A DNA stretch of 64,000 bases, taken from positions 128,001-192,000 of the forward strand of contig CAVQQD010000001.1 of the NCBI GenBank assembly GCA_963714975.1. The letters are read 5' to 3'. The position numbers and the translations under genes are program-made. Origin of the DNA: an uncultured Gammaproteobacteria bacterium (GTDB lineage Bacteria > Pseudomonadota > Gammaproteobacteria > JAURND01). The notes under the pieces were generated by a model. The model was not told where the DNA came from and ran no database searches. It saw nothing but the letters and a program-made list of their open reading frames with translations. Numbering within the stretch: the first letter of the stretch is position 1; each line of letters begins with the position of its first letter. Positions 42,830-52,458 of this stretch are shown piece by piece.

Positions 42830-43627
42830 ATGCATTCAATGTGGTCTGGATCGCTAGTTTTTGGATTAGTAAATATTCCGGTTAGGCTTTACAGTGCTGC
42901 TGAAGATAAAGCGCTGAATTTAACGATGCTGCATAAAAAAGATAATTCGCCGATTCGTTATGCAAAAATATGCAAAGCAGAGGAACGCGAAATTTCCTAT
43001 CAAGAGGTTGTAAAAGGTTATGAATACGAGAAGGGCGAATATGTGGTTCTAACTGACCAAGATTTTGAAAAAGCAAATATTAAATCTAGCCATGCGATAG
43101 AGATTGTAGAATTTACTAGTGAGTCGGAAATTGATTTGCGCTATTTTGACAAGCCCTATTATCTAGAGCCCGATAAATCCGCAGACAAAGCGTATTCATT
43201 ATTAAGAGAAGCATTAACTAAAGCAACGAAAATCGCCATTGCAAAATTTACCTTACATAATCGAGAACATTTAGGAATTTTGAAGCCAATTGATGACGTG
43301 TTAGTTCTAGAGCGAATACGCTTTGCTTCAGAAGTTCGCTCACCCTCAGAATTGAAGCTCCCCAAAATAAGTCGGAATAACAAGAATGAGCTTGAAATGG
43401 CTTTAACCCTTATTGACCAACTCACCAAGCATTATAAGCCGAGCGAATTTCATGATACTTATGTTGAGGATTTAAAAAAAACCATTAGTATTAAACTACG
43501 CGGCAAAAAGCCTATAGAAAAACGCAAAGCCGTTCCTGAAAAAACTACCTCTGCTAATCTCATGAAGGCGCTTAAAGCTAGCCTAGAAAAATCTAAACCA
43601 ACGAATAAACGCAAAAAAGTGGCTTAA
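42830..43627 (+). CDS. ku: NHEJ Ku protein
   Basis: MHSMWSGSLVFGLVNIPVRLY, VKGYEY, YFDKPYYL and AYSLLREAL motifs, basic tail. Start moved to ATG 42830. Confidence 0.95.
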   Translation: MHSMWSGSLVFGLVNIPVRLYSAAEDKALNLTMLHKKDNSPIRYAKICKAEEREISYQEVVKGYEYEKGEYVVLTDQDFEKANIKSSHAIEIVEFTSESEIDLRYFDKPYYLEPDKSADKAYSLLREALTKATKIAIAKFTLHNREHLGILKPIDDVLVLERIRFASEVRSPSELKLPKISRNNKNELEMALTLIDQLTKHYKPSEFHDTYVEDLKKTISIKLRGKKPIEKRKAVPEKTTSANLMKALKASLEKSKPTNKRKKVA

Positions 43628-43644
43628 ATTTCACACCCATTTTC

Positions 43645-43674
43645 CGAAAAAAATACTGTAGCGATGGTTAATAA
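43645..43674 (+). repeat. 30-bp direct repeat (partner at 47306-47335)
   Basis: cgaaaaaaatactgtag[c/g]gatggttaataa, one mismatch. Confidence 0.8.
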
Positions 43675-43689
43675 TTGATGATATGGCAT

Positions 43690-43911
43690 TTAAACCTCTA
43701 TTTTAAATCCTAAATCAACATCGCAACCAGCTTGGCCTCCACGAATACCCGGGCAAGCAAATCGATGAGATTCATGCACAATAAGACGTACATTTTTATC
43801 ATCTGGTAAAATTTTGAAAGCTTGTATCAAAGCAGCATGGACAACATCCATTAGTTTTATTTCTTGTTCTTTGGTATATAGTTTTCTTACCTCAATGAGT
43901 ACACTTGGCAT
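43690..43911 (-). pseudogene. Tautomerase-family protein, probably 3'-truncated
   Basis: N-terminal Pro (MPSVLIEV...VHAALIQAFKI..DDKNVRL). Family-like sequence stops after RFACP. Confidence 0.6.
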
Positions 43912-43974
43912 AATTTTCTCCTCCAATTAAAATATAGTGGTTACAATAAAGTCCTAAGTTATCACGCCGCGACT

Positions 43975-44271
43975 TTAGGTACAAAATGTTCTTTCTAATT
44001 GTCTTTTTTTGCGAATTTTTGTCCATCCCCACCAAGGCTGCTTTTCACCGGTACGTGCTTCATGAATTACAGCGGCAAAGACATCCCACACACAGGGATC
44101 TTGAGTTTGGGCTGTGATTTCTTGTAAGCGTAAGTACAATTCATCAGGACATGCGTGAGCCAATTGCTCGCTGGAGTGAATACCCAGTAATTGTAAGTCG
44201 TTATACGTTGCAGCTCCAACATTCATAAGGCTAAACAGTTCATAAATTATTTTCGATTTATCTTTGGTCAT
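43975..44271 (-). CDS. Cdd1 / mitomycin-resistance McrB-like helix-hairpin-helix protein
   Basis: NVGAA..DLQLLGI...PDELY.RL......DPCVWDVF...PWW.WT pattern. Confidence 0.75.
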   Translation of the reverse strand: MTKDKSKIIYELFSLMNVGAATYNDLQLLGIHSSEQLAHACPDELYLRLQEITAQTQDPCVWDVFAAVIHEARTGEKQPWWGWTKIRKKRQLERTFCT

Positions 44272-44668
44272 TTCTTTTGGCGATCCATACAGTTGCTTCA
44301 CCGCAGCCAGGATCTCTCACTTTATGTACCAGTATTTCAAAATGACAACTGGACAGTATCTCGGTATATTCAGCAGAAGAAAGTGAAGCGTGATATAAAT
44401 CATGTCCGCCGTTATCACTCCAAACTTCACCGTATTCTTCCCCAGATGTGAATATCAGTAAACCGTTTTTTTCTACCATTGAAGTTAGTAATTTTAAGGT
44501 ACTTCGTTGGTCATCATGCGGTAAATGAAAAAAGCTGTGCCAGGCAATGACCGCATGGAATTTTTCTTGCAAATTTATAGTACGCATGTCAGCAAGCAAC
44601 CATTTTGCATTTGGAAACCGTTGCTTACATAAATCAATTATTTTTTCACTAGCGCTTTGCTGCATCAA
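44258..44668 (-). pseudogene. Class I SAM-dependent methyltransferase, 5'-truncated
   Basis: ASEKIIDL...ADMR...FHAVIAWHSFFHL...LIFT present, glycine-rich motif I absent. Abuts the Rpn gene. Confidence 0.7.
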
Positions 44669-44669
44669 T

Positions 44670-45539
44670 TCAGTCCGACATTTCCTTGGAAATCACTCGC
44701 ACAACTTCTTCAGTAAGCCCTGTCGTTTCTGAAATAGCTTCGATAGAGAATGTGCCTTTTTTTAGCATGCGTATGGCAATTGTTCTGACGCCTTCCTCCC
44801 TACCTATCTCCTTACCTATCTCGATAAAGTCTTCTTGTGTTTTTTCCAGTATCGCCGCCTGATCTCTTAACCACATCAGTTGCGCTTCATAAATTTCCCG
44901 CTCTTCCTTGTCCAGCGACATGGTATCTAGCACATGCGCGGCTTTTTCAATGGCAGGGTCGTCTTTGAGTTCGCATGGAACAAAGTTTCGTTCCCATTGT
45001 TCCGCCTTCGTTAAAAAGCTTGCCCAGCGATCAAGTGCGGTTGTCAGGTGGGAGAAATCTTTATCAAATTTTTTAAGCTCAATAAAATGTAATTCTAAAT
45101 CTTCCGAATACCGACTGTGGGTTTTTGTGTTTAATAAGTGATAGATATTATGATAGTCTGGTTCATCAAAATGATTGAAATTTAGGACATTGATGCTGAT
45201 GGTTTTACGTAAGTTGGAGAAACTTTGACCTTCGCTTAATTGCTGACTGTAGACTTTAGACCAGTAATACAGCGCGCGTTGGTCGTAGGCGATTCGGTCA
45301 TTCATCTGCATTTCAACATGATAAAGTTTGCCGGTTTTATCTTTGGCTTTGATGTCGAGGATGGATAATTTGGCGGTGGAATGCGTTTTATGGTTGTAGG
45401 GATTGAGCAATTCAAGCTCGGCAAGCTGGTTTTCCGGTGCGAGTACAGCGTTGATAAACGGCAACAAGATATCTTTATTTTCTTCACTGCCGAACAGCAT
45501 TTTAAAAGCAAAATCGACGCGTGGATTTATTTTTGGCAT
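44670..45539 (-). CDS. Rpn/YhgA-like PD-(D/E)XK nuclease (PDDEXK_2)
   Basis: DFAFKMLFG, ILDIKA, HVEMQ, RALYYWSKVY, LELHFIELKKF and C-terminal GREEG..IA.RML...I...TGL. Confidence 0.9.
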   Translation of the reverse strand: MPKINPRVDFAFKMLFGSEENKDILLPFINAVLAPENQLAELELLNPYNHKTHSTAKLSILDIKAKDKTGKLYHVEMQMNDRIAYDQRALYYWSKVYSQQLSEGQSFSNLRKTISINVLNFNHFDEPDYHNIYHLLNTKTHSRYSEDLELHFIELKKFDKDFSHLTTALDRWASFLTKAEQWERNFVPCELKDDPAIEKAAHVLDTMSLDKEEREIYEAQLMWLRDQAAILEKTQEDFIEIGKEIGREEGVRTIAIRMLKKGTFSIEAISETTGLTEEVVRVISKEMSD

Positions 45540-45552
45540 AAGAGGGTTCACA

Positions 45553-45819
45553 TTATTTATTGATGATGTCATCAAACACACCCTGGGAGCAAGCAAAGGC
45601 CATTTTTTCCAGTAAATGCATACACTGATAAAATCCGCTGCAGTGGTAGCAATACATATTCAATTCTTTCTCAGAACATGAATCAAAGAAGTCTTTAATC
45701 TCGTCTATTTTATGGACTAACGACATGAGTAACGCTTCCTCGCCTCCCTGCTTTAAGGCTTCTTTTGCTTCTTCATCTAACCTGGAAATTAATTGTTTTT
45801 GGCTTGTTGTTAACGCCAT
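45553..45819 (-). CDS. Hypothetical protein (88 aa)
   Basis: GGAG RBS before ATG 45819, helical sequence, directly upstream of rpn. Confidence 0.65.
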   Translation of the reverse strand: MALTTSQKQLISRLDEEAKEALKQGGEEALLMSLVHKIDEIKDFFDSCSEKELNMYCYHCSGFYQCMHLLEKMAFACSQGVFDDIINK

Positions 45820-46294
45820 CTGCGCACTCCTTTGATGCATTAGGATACCACAGGCACGATCAACCGTCATCACGGTAGCGAATTGACTCATATTAAAAGT
45901 TACCGAAATTTTCGGAGGTTACTACAATGGGTCCAGATGAAAAACAGAGCTATTTGGAGACAATTCGTCGCCGCTATAAGAAGTCAGGTTGAACTGCTGC
46001 GAACTCAACTCGTTGTAAACGTAGGCAGTCATATTATAAGTGCTGACAATAACGAATCCCAGGAAATATCGGAAAATAACCTCTGAAAACCTCATATATA
46101 TCAAGTAATTATGTTATTTCCTATGCTCAAAGTTATCGGCAGTATCCAAAATAAAAGAAGCCAGGTTCAAGCACGAACCAGTTATTTTCCAAAGACCATG
46201 GCCATGAGCTCGTGGATCGCCATGAAAAAAATCCACCCGCTTTCTGAGAATTAAATGGACTCCTCCTGGAATGAACTTCCCGTCACAGGAATCA

Positions 46295-47000
46295 TTAGGA
46301 ACCTTTTCCATAGGTTGTGGTAGTGGTGAGTTGATCCGCCGATACAGATTTTGGTTGACCCTGTTCGTTATCAGGTGGCGACAAAAAGCGCTGTTGCGCC
46401 CCGACTAAGGGGGAAGGGGGTCTGGCGAGCAAGCGGGGATACTGAGAACGTAATGCATTCAGCTGACCTTGAGCCCATTTTGATCCCTGTTTGACAGCCA
46501 ACTCAAACCAATAAAGAGCTTTCGCAGGATCTGTCGCTACGCCTAGGCCATCTCGATAGCACCCGCCCAAATCGAATTGCGCTTGCGCATTCCCCTGTTC
46601 CGCAGCGACACGACACCAACGCACCGCTTCCTGTGCATCTTGAGGAACCCCTGTTCCCTCGCTATAGCACCAGCCCAAATAGGACTGCCCCTCGGCTTCC
46701 CCTTTATCAGCTCGCGTTTTGAACCAAGCCAAGTGTTTCGCTACTCTTGTTTCGTAAGCTTTGGCTTGTTTATCGTCTTTAGGAATACCATAACCAGGGT
46801 CACTATAAATACGCCTTAAACGCAGCAAGGCGGGTGGATAATCTAATTCAGCGGCTTGTAATAACCCAGGCAGTGCCTTGGCGTAATTACCTAGAAGATA
46901 GTATTTTTCTCCTTCTCGATATCCAGTAAGAGCCTCTTCTGATTTAGGTAATGGCGGATGCTTTTTTTTTCACCCGGCGGCAGTGCTTTTGTTTTGGCCT
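46295..47000 (-). CDS. Sel1-repeat protein; 5' end disrupted by a frameshift at an A9 run and a MITE
   Basis: AEGQSYLGWCYSEGTGVPQD...AAEQGNAQAQFDLGGCYRDGLGV. The frame stays open upstream of 46828 to about 46968. Confidence 0.75.
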
Positions 47001-47003
47001 CCC

Positions 47004-47294
47004 AAGAGGCTATCCGATGCACACAATTCGGTCAGCAATTCCGCTGAAGCCTTGCTCCCCGGCGGGTGACAAATTCGTCAGGAACGAATTTGGACGCGCG
47101 AAGCGACCCCAGAGGGGTGAAAACCAAGGACGGTTTTCATAACCCGGAGGCGGGGACCCTTAACAGAAATCCTCCTATCCCCTTTGTAAAAGGGGATAGG
47201 AGGGATTTTGGTGGGGTGCCGCAGCGGCAGGACCCACCGGGGAGCAAGGCTTCAGCGGAATTGCTGACCGATTTGTGTGCATCGGATAGCTCTT
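47004..47294. mobile_element. MITE with about 55-bp terminal inverted repeats and a nested REP
   Basis: gctatccgatgcacacaattcggtcagcaattccgctgaagccttgctccccgg ... ccggggagcaaggcttcagcggaattgctgaccgatttgtgtgcatcggatagc. Confidence 0.85.
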
Positions 47295-48492
47295 ACGTGA
47301 ACTCACGAAAAAAATACTGTAGGGATGGTTAATAAAATTAAGTTAAACTATAAATAAAAAAATTCTGTGAAGGTACATAAAAATGCGAAGCACTACCTAT
47401 GTCTAGCAATAATTAAAATAATCTATTTGGATCGAAAAATATGCACTTACCCATCAACATTTCCGATTTGTTATATAGCAATGTTGTTGAATCCGATCGT
47501 ATTGAATTTAAAGCAGACTGGAATCCAGAAGCGATATTGCGCACGATATGTGCTTTCGCTAATGATTTTAATAATTTTGGCGGCGGTTATATTATTATTG
47601 GGGTTGAGGAACAAGACGGCAAACCTGCGCTACCCCCTAAAGGGATTGATCCCAGGAAAGCTGGCTTGATTCAAAAAGAATTAGTGCGAATATGCTCATT
47701 TTTAAAACCTATCTACACACCCATTCTTTCATTAGAAGACTACCAAGGTAAATTGCTGCTAGTTATATGGGTGCCGGGTGGACAAATACGGCCTTATGCT
47801 GCCCCAGCTACTTTGGGAAAGGATAAGGAATATAAATACTACATTCGCAAAGCTTCTTCCACGGTCGTAGTTAAAAATGACGAACTTAAGGAACTGTTAC
47901 AGTTAACAGCCACGGTACCGTTTGATGATCGCATCAACCATCATGTCAAATTAGAAGATTTGAAATTACCCCTGATTCAAGCATTTTTGAAGGAAGTTGG
48001 CAGTCAATTATTAGAAGAATCGCGCACTAAATCCTTAGTAGATATTTGTCGCCAAATGGCTATTGTGAATGGTGGCAATGAATATTTGAAGCCCAAGAAT
48101 GTGGGGTTATTGTTTTTTAATGATGAACCGGACAAATATTTTCCCTATGCGCAAATTGATGTCGTATTATTTTCCCGACGATGAGGGCGGTGATATTATC
48201 CAAGAAAGGATTTTTAAGGGACCATTGGATCATCAATTGCGCAGTGCATTGCGTTATATACGCGATACCTTTATTACTGAAAGAATTTTAAAAATTCCCG
48301 GCCAAGCCGAAGCAAGACGATTTTTTAATTATCCCTATGAAGCAATTGAAGAAGCTTTGGTTAACGCCGTTTATCATCGTTTATGCTAAGCTATGCATAA
48401 TCTATGGTATGTAAAGTAATTCATTATGTAAAGTACGTCAAATAAATTCATATAAATCAAAGATTATATCTTATTTAACTATACATAATATA

Positions 48493-49494
48493 TTAAATAT
48501 TTTTAGTTAACCATTGCAATAAATCTTCTTTGTTCTGTTTTGAATATTTGCTAGTAACGCCTAAAGAAACACTACTTTCTTCAAGAAATTTTCTCTTGAG
48601 TTCCGGGTTAGTTTTAGCATAAATTTCAGTTGTAGTAACAGATGCATGCCCTAAAAAATCTCGAATATATATTAAATTCACTCCTGCTTCGAGCAAATGC
48701 ATGGCTTTACTGTGCCTCATACAATGCGGGGAAACAGTCTTTTTAAAAAGATTAGGTTTCTGTTTTCTACCGATTTCTATATATTTATTTAAAACATAAT
48801 GAACCCCAGCTCTTGTTAAAGGCTTTTGTTGTTTGTTCTTAAACAAATTATCAGTTTGAATTGTAATTGCATTATCGACTATATATTTCTTAATTATATT
48901 AGCAGTGTCGTTACCAATAGGAACAACTCTAGTTTTGTTACCTTTGCCCTGTAAATATACAATTGGTTTTGAATCTAATCTGATTTGTTGTAATTTTAAG
49001 TCAAGAAGTTCTTGTACTCTAGCTCCTGTATCATACAAAATTACAAGCATTGTTAAATCCCGGTATTCTTGTTTTATTTTTTTATTTGGTAGACTAAACA
49101 AAATTTTTATTTCATTTAAGCTTAAATACGATATAGCAGATAAGGGAGTTTTCTTAAATCCAATTGATAATATGCTTGTGCAAAGATTGAAGTAAGCAGG
49201 CTCTCTATGTTGTATGTATTTGAAAAACGAATGAATAGCTCCCAACCTTTGATTTCTAGTAGCTATGGAAATTCGTTTTTCTTTTTCTAACCACAGTAAG
49301 AAATCTTCTATAGATGGTGCCGTAATATCATCAAATGATAATTTGGCACTTTTTATTTTATACTTTGTTTCAAAAAAACTGATAAATTGTACGAATGTAT
49401 CACGATACGATTTTACAGTATTAATAGATGCTCCCAAATTAGATGGCAAATATTCACTAAAAAATTTTGTAATATAGAATCCGAGGTTATTCAT
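48493..49494 (-). CDS. Tyrosine recombinase RitC-like
   Basis: TGARVQE, GKGNKTR, PHCMRHS and LGHASVTTTEIY motifs. Confidence 0.92.
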   Translation of the reverse strand: MNNLGFYITKFFSEYLPSNLGASINTVKSYRDTFVQFISFFETKYKIKSAKLSFDDITAPSIEDFLLWLEKEKRISIATRNQRLGAIHSFFKYIQHREPAYFNLCTSILSIGFKKTPLSAISYLSLNEIKILFSLPNKKIKQEYRDLTMLVILYDTGARVQELLDLKLQQIRLDSKPIVYLQGKGNKTRVVPIGNDTANIIKKYIVDNAITIQTDNLFKNKQQKPLTRAGVHYVLNKYIEIGRKQKPNLFKKTVSPHCMRHSKAMHLLEAGVNLIYIRDFLGHASVTTTEIYAKTNPELKRKFLEESSVSLGVTSKYSKQNKEDLLQWLTKNI

Positions 49495-50473
49495 TATCAT
49501 GCTCCACTTTTGGAAAAACACCTTGATAAATATTATTTGTTAGAATTCTTACATTATCATAATTTTCTTCAGTAAATCTTAGATAGTACTCTGTTTCAGT
49601 AATATGTTTATGACCTAAGAATTTACTAAGCAAAGGCAATAAAGTATATGTATCATATCCACCAGAAACCATCTTTTCTAATGAGTGAACGGCGAAAGTG
49701 TGCCTTAGGTCATGTATTCTAGGATATTTATGTCTACAATTATTTTTTTTAGGTATTTGTGCTAAAGCTAAAGTTCTATGATACAAAATTTTAAATGTGC
49801 CATATGGAACTTGTGTCCCATTTGTTGTTCTAAAAAAATATTCTGCATTTATAGGGCATGTATAATTTAAATGATATTCTATAAGTTTTTTTCTTAAAGA
49901 ATCAGATGCAACAATTAATCTATTTTCATGGTTTTTGCTGTTAAGTATTTGCATTGCCCCGGTAGTAAAATTTATATTTTGTAATTTTATATTTAGCAAT
50001 TCAGATATTCTCAGACCACAAGTGTATAAAGTAGCAAGCATGATTACAAATGTTGGTGTATCCACATGTGTTAAGTTATCAATTTTATCTGCAACTCTGA
50101 AAATATTTGTAATTTCATCACACGAAAAAATATATGGAACAAAATTTGATTTCCACATTCTATTATTAATAGGTGTAGGCGAAAAAATATTATCATATCC
50201 AATTGATGTTAAATATTTTGCAAGTGTTGTAAATGCCGAACAGCGTTTACCCTGATTTGTATGAGTCTCATTACCTCTTTTAGCTATCCATAAGTCATAC
50301 ATTTCTCGTGTCATTTCTATCTTGTTATAGCCATATTTAGATAAAAAAGTATCAAGTTCTTTAAATCTTAAAACTGTTGGCTTTTGATAATCATATCCTA
50401 AACTTCTTCGATAATTTATGAAGTTTGGTAATATATCTTTGAATGGTCCAATAAATTCTGGAATTTTATACAT
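49487..50473 (-). CDS. Tyrosine recombinase RitB-like
   Basis: CGLRISE, IHDLRHTFAV and LGHKHITETEYYL motifs. Confidence 0.92.
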   Translation of the reverse strand: MYKIPEFIGPFKDILPNFINYRRSLGYDYQKPTVLRFKELDTFLSKYGYNKIEMTREMYDLWIAKRGNETHTNQGKRCSAFTTLAKYLTSIGYDNIFSPTPINNRMWKSNFVPYIFSCDEITNIFRVADKIDNLTHVDTPTFVIMLATLYTCGLRISELLNIKLQNINFTTGAMQILNSKNHENRLIVASDSLRKKLIEYHLNYTCPINAEYFFRTTNGTQVPYGTFKILYHRTLALAQIPKKNNCRHKYPRIHDLRHTFAVHSLEKMVSGGYDTYTLLPLLSKFLGHKHITETEYYLRFTEENYDNVRILTNNIYQGVFPKVEHDNE

Positions 50474-51683
50474 TTGGCACTTCCAAAGATAAATTCTTAA
50501 GATTTTTTTCATCAATGGTTAAATATATCTCTGTAGCCCTGGTGTTTGCATGACCTAGTACACTCGAAATTGCACTAATCGGCACGTTGTTGCTCATTAA
50601 ATTAGTTGCTAGGCTATGCCTTAATGCGTGCGGTCCATGATGTCTAGTTGAATAGTCAATCTCGGCTTTATCCATGTATTTATTAACGATTCTCTGAAAA
50701 CTACTAATAACCAGCTTATTAAAAGGAGCATATGTTGAGATAAAAACATAGTCTTCATCTGATGACTTAGGACGTCTTTCATTTTTCAGATAATCAATTA
50801 ATGGAATTTTAATATTATCAAGAAAGGGTAAAGTTAATAAGCTATTAGTTTTTAATTGGGTAACATTAATTGTATTATTATTCCAGTCTAAGCTATTAAA
50901 TTTTAGATTAGCTACATCACTCACTCTCAGCCCTAAATATACTAATATTGATAACACCGCTAAATCACGTTTTCCATGTGTAGAGTCTAAATGAATACTA
51001 TCTAAAAGCCTTTGTATTTCTTCCTTTGAAAAATATGATAGTATTTGTGTATCAGGAGCCTTTCTGACAGTTGGAAAAGCTTGCTTTCCTGTAAAGTTAA
51101 TTAATTTTTCAGAATGCAACCACTCAAGAGTTTCTCTTAATACAGTAACGATTACATGCTTTGTAGCACGAGCATATTTATCTAATGAATTTATATATGT
51201 GTGAGCAGTATCTACTTCTATAGTAGTTATATCATTTATTCCAATATTATTTAGATACATGAGAAATTCAGACATTACCCATAATTTTCTCTTTTTACTT
51301 TTTAAAATTATGTTTTTAGAATTAATAAAATCACGAAATTTAAGGTAAAAATCCTTGAATTGTGAGGGTGTATCAATAGTTTTTTCTTTTTGATGCATTT
51401 TACAAAATGTACCAGTCAGATAAAATTCATAAAGAATCAAAACCGGTCTTCGTAAAACTGTTTGCACAGAAGAAGATGGATTATAATAATCAACATCGTA
51501 CTTTTCTCTTAAAAATTCAGCCATTATTGGAACTGTGACTGTTGTAATACATTTTTCTGTACAATATTTTTTAAAATGATTTATTATCCATATAGTGTTA
51601 GATACTACTTCTTTGCTGTATCCATCATTTTTCATCTTTTGTAACAAACCGGTCATTAGGTTTTCAATATTTTTTGTATCCAT
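50466..51683 (-). CDS. Tyrosine recombinase RitA-like
   Basis: LGLRVSDV, GPHALRHSLA and LGHANTRATEIY motifs. Confidence 0.92.
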   Translation of the reverse strand: MDTKNIENLMTGLLQKMKNDGYSKEVVSNTIWIINHFKKYCTEKCITTVTVPIMAEFLREKYDVDYYNPSSSVQTVLRRPVLILYEFYLTGTFCKMHQKEKTIDTPSQFKDFYLKFRDFINSKNIILKSKKRKLWVMSEFLMYLNNIGINDITTIEVDTAHTYINSLDKYARATKHVIVTVLRETLEWLHSEKLINFTGKQAFPTVRKAPDTQILSYFSKEEIQRLLDSIHLDSTHGKRDLAVLSILVYLGLRVSDVANLKFNSLDWNNNTINVTQLKTNSLLTLPFLDNIKIPLIDYLKNERRPKSSDEDYVFISTYAPFNKLVISSFQRIVNKYMDKAEIDYSTRHHGPHALRHSLATNLMSNNVPISAISSVLGHANTRATEIYLTIDEKNLKNLSLEVPNV

Positions 51684-52458
51684 AGGACTTCTCCCATTTC
51701 AATTTGAATACATAAATATTATATCATCTTTAATATGCGAAGTTGTAAACGATAGGATCCTTGATTTATATGAGTTTATTTGACGTACTTTACATAATGA
51801 ATTACTTTACATACCATCGCGGCTATGATATCAGAGAGCCCATAGAGGTACGCATCAACCGACAATGCATCCGTGTTTTAAGCTTCCCAGGAGCTGACCC
51901 ATCTATTCCCCAAAAAGAAGTTGATGCCGGGCGTTTATTGACCCGGCGATATCGTAACCGGCGTATTGGTGAATTTCTAAAAGAACTAGATTTTACGGAA
52001 GGGCGTGGCACTGGTATCCCAAAAATAAGACGTATTCTAACTATCAATGGCTCGCCAGGGCCGCTTTTCATCACAGATGAAGCTCGGACCTCTTTTTATA
52101 CTGAAATCAAGATACATCCTGAGTTTTTAGAAGAACCTCAACTAGAGAAATCAGATGGGGTATATCATGGGGTATATGATCCTAGGGAACTCAATCTATC
52201 ACAAACAGAATTAAAAATTTTAAGCCTGGTTCAGAACGCCCCTATTGGGTTAGCAAATATTTTAGAAACTTTTGGATATAAAGTCATCACAAGAAATATC
52301 AGGACTGCGTTAACTAAGCTATTAAAATTAGAGCTCATTGCTTATACTATTCCTGACAAACCCAGAAGCAACAAGCAACGATATAAAATTACTGCGTTGG
52401 GAAAAACTATAACGACTGAACCAAAGCCAGGAATGCTGTAGGTTATTTCAAACGAGCT

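Larger units (their letters stand above)
48378..51817 (-). mobile_element. RIT (Recombinase In Trio) element
   Basis: Three overlapping tyrosine recombinase genes. 61-bp terminal IRs (48404-48464 / 51757-51817, 59/61 match) with tandem TATGTAAAGTA sites. Visibly AT-rich. Interrupts a gene. Confidence 0.93.
47441..52441 (+). pseudogene. AlbA_2 (Schlafen-like) + HATPase_c_4 + HTH protein, split by the RIT element; additional 1-bp shift near 48165
   Basis: ESDRIEFK, ICAFAN, GGGYIIIGV, then EEALVNAVYHR | GYD continuing at 51818, then YRNRRIGEFL and EGRGTGIPK. Confidence 0.88.

Noticed and set aside
38900-43627. Ku/LigD as a novel system
   Set aside because: This is well-known bacterial NHEJ. 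Only the insertion, the duplicate end and the intervening gene are notable.
45883-46311. Small ORFs between the 88-aa gene and the Sel1 gene
   Set aside because: Short, overlapping on both strands and without recognisable motifs, so they cannot be supported.
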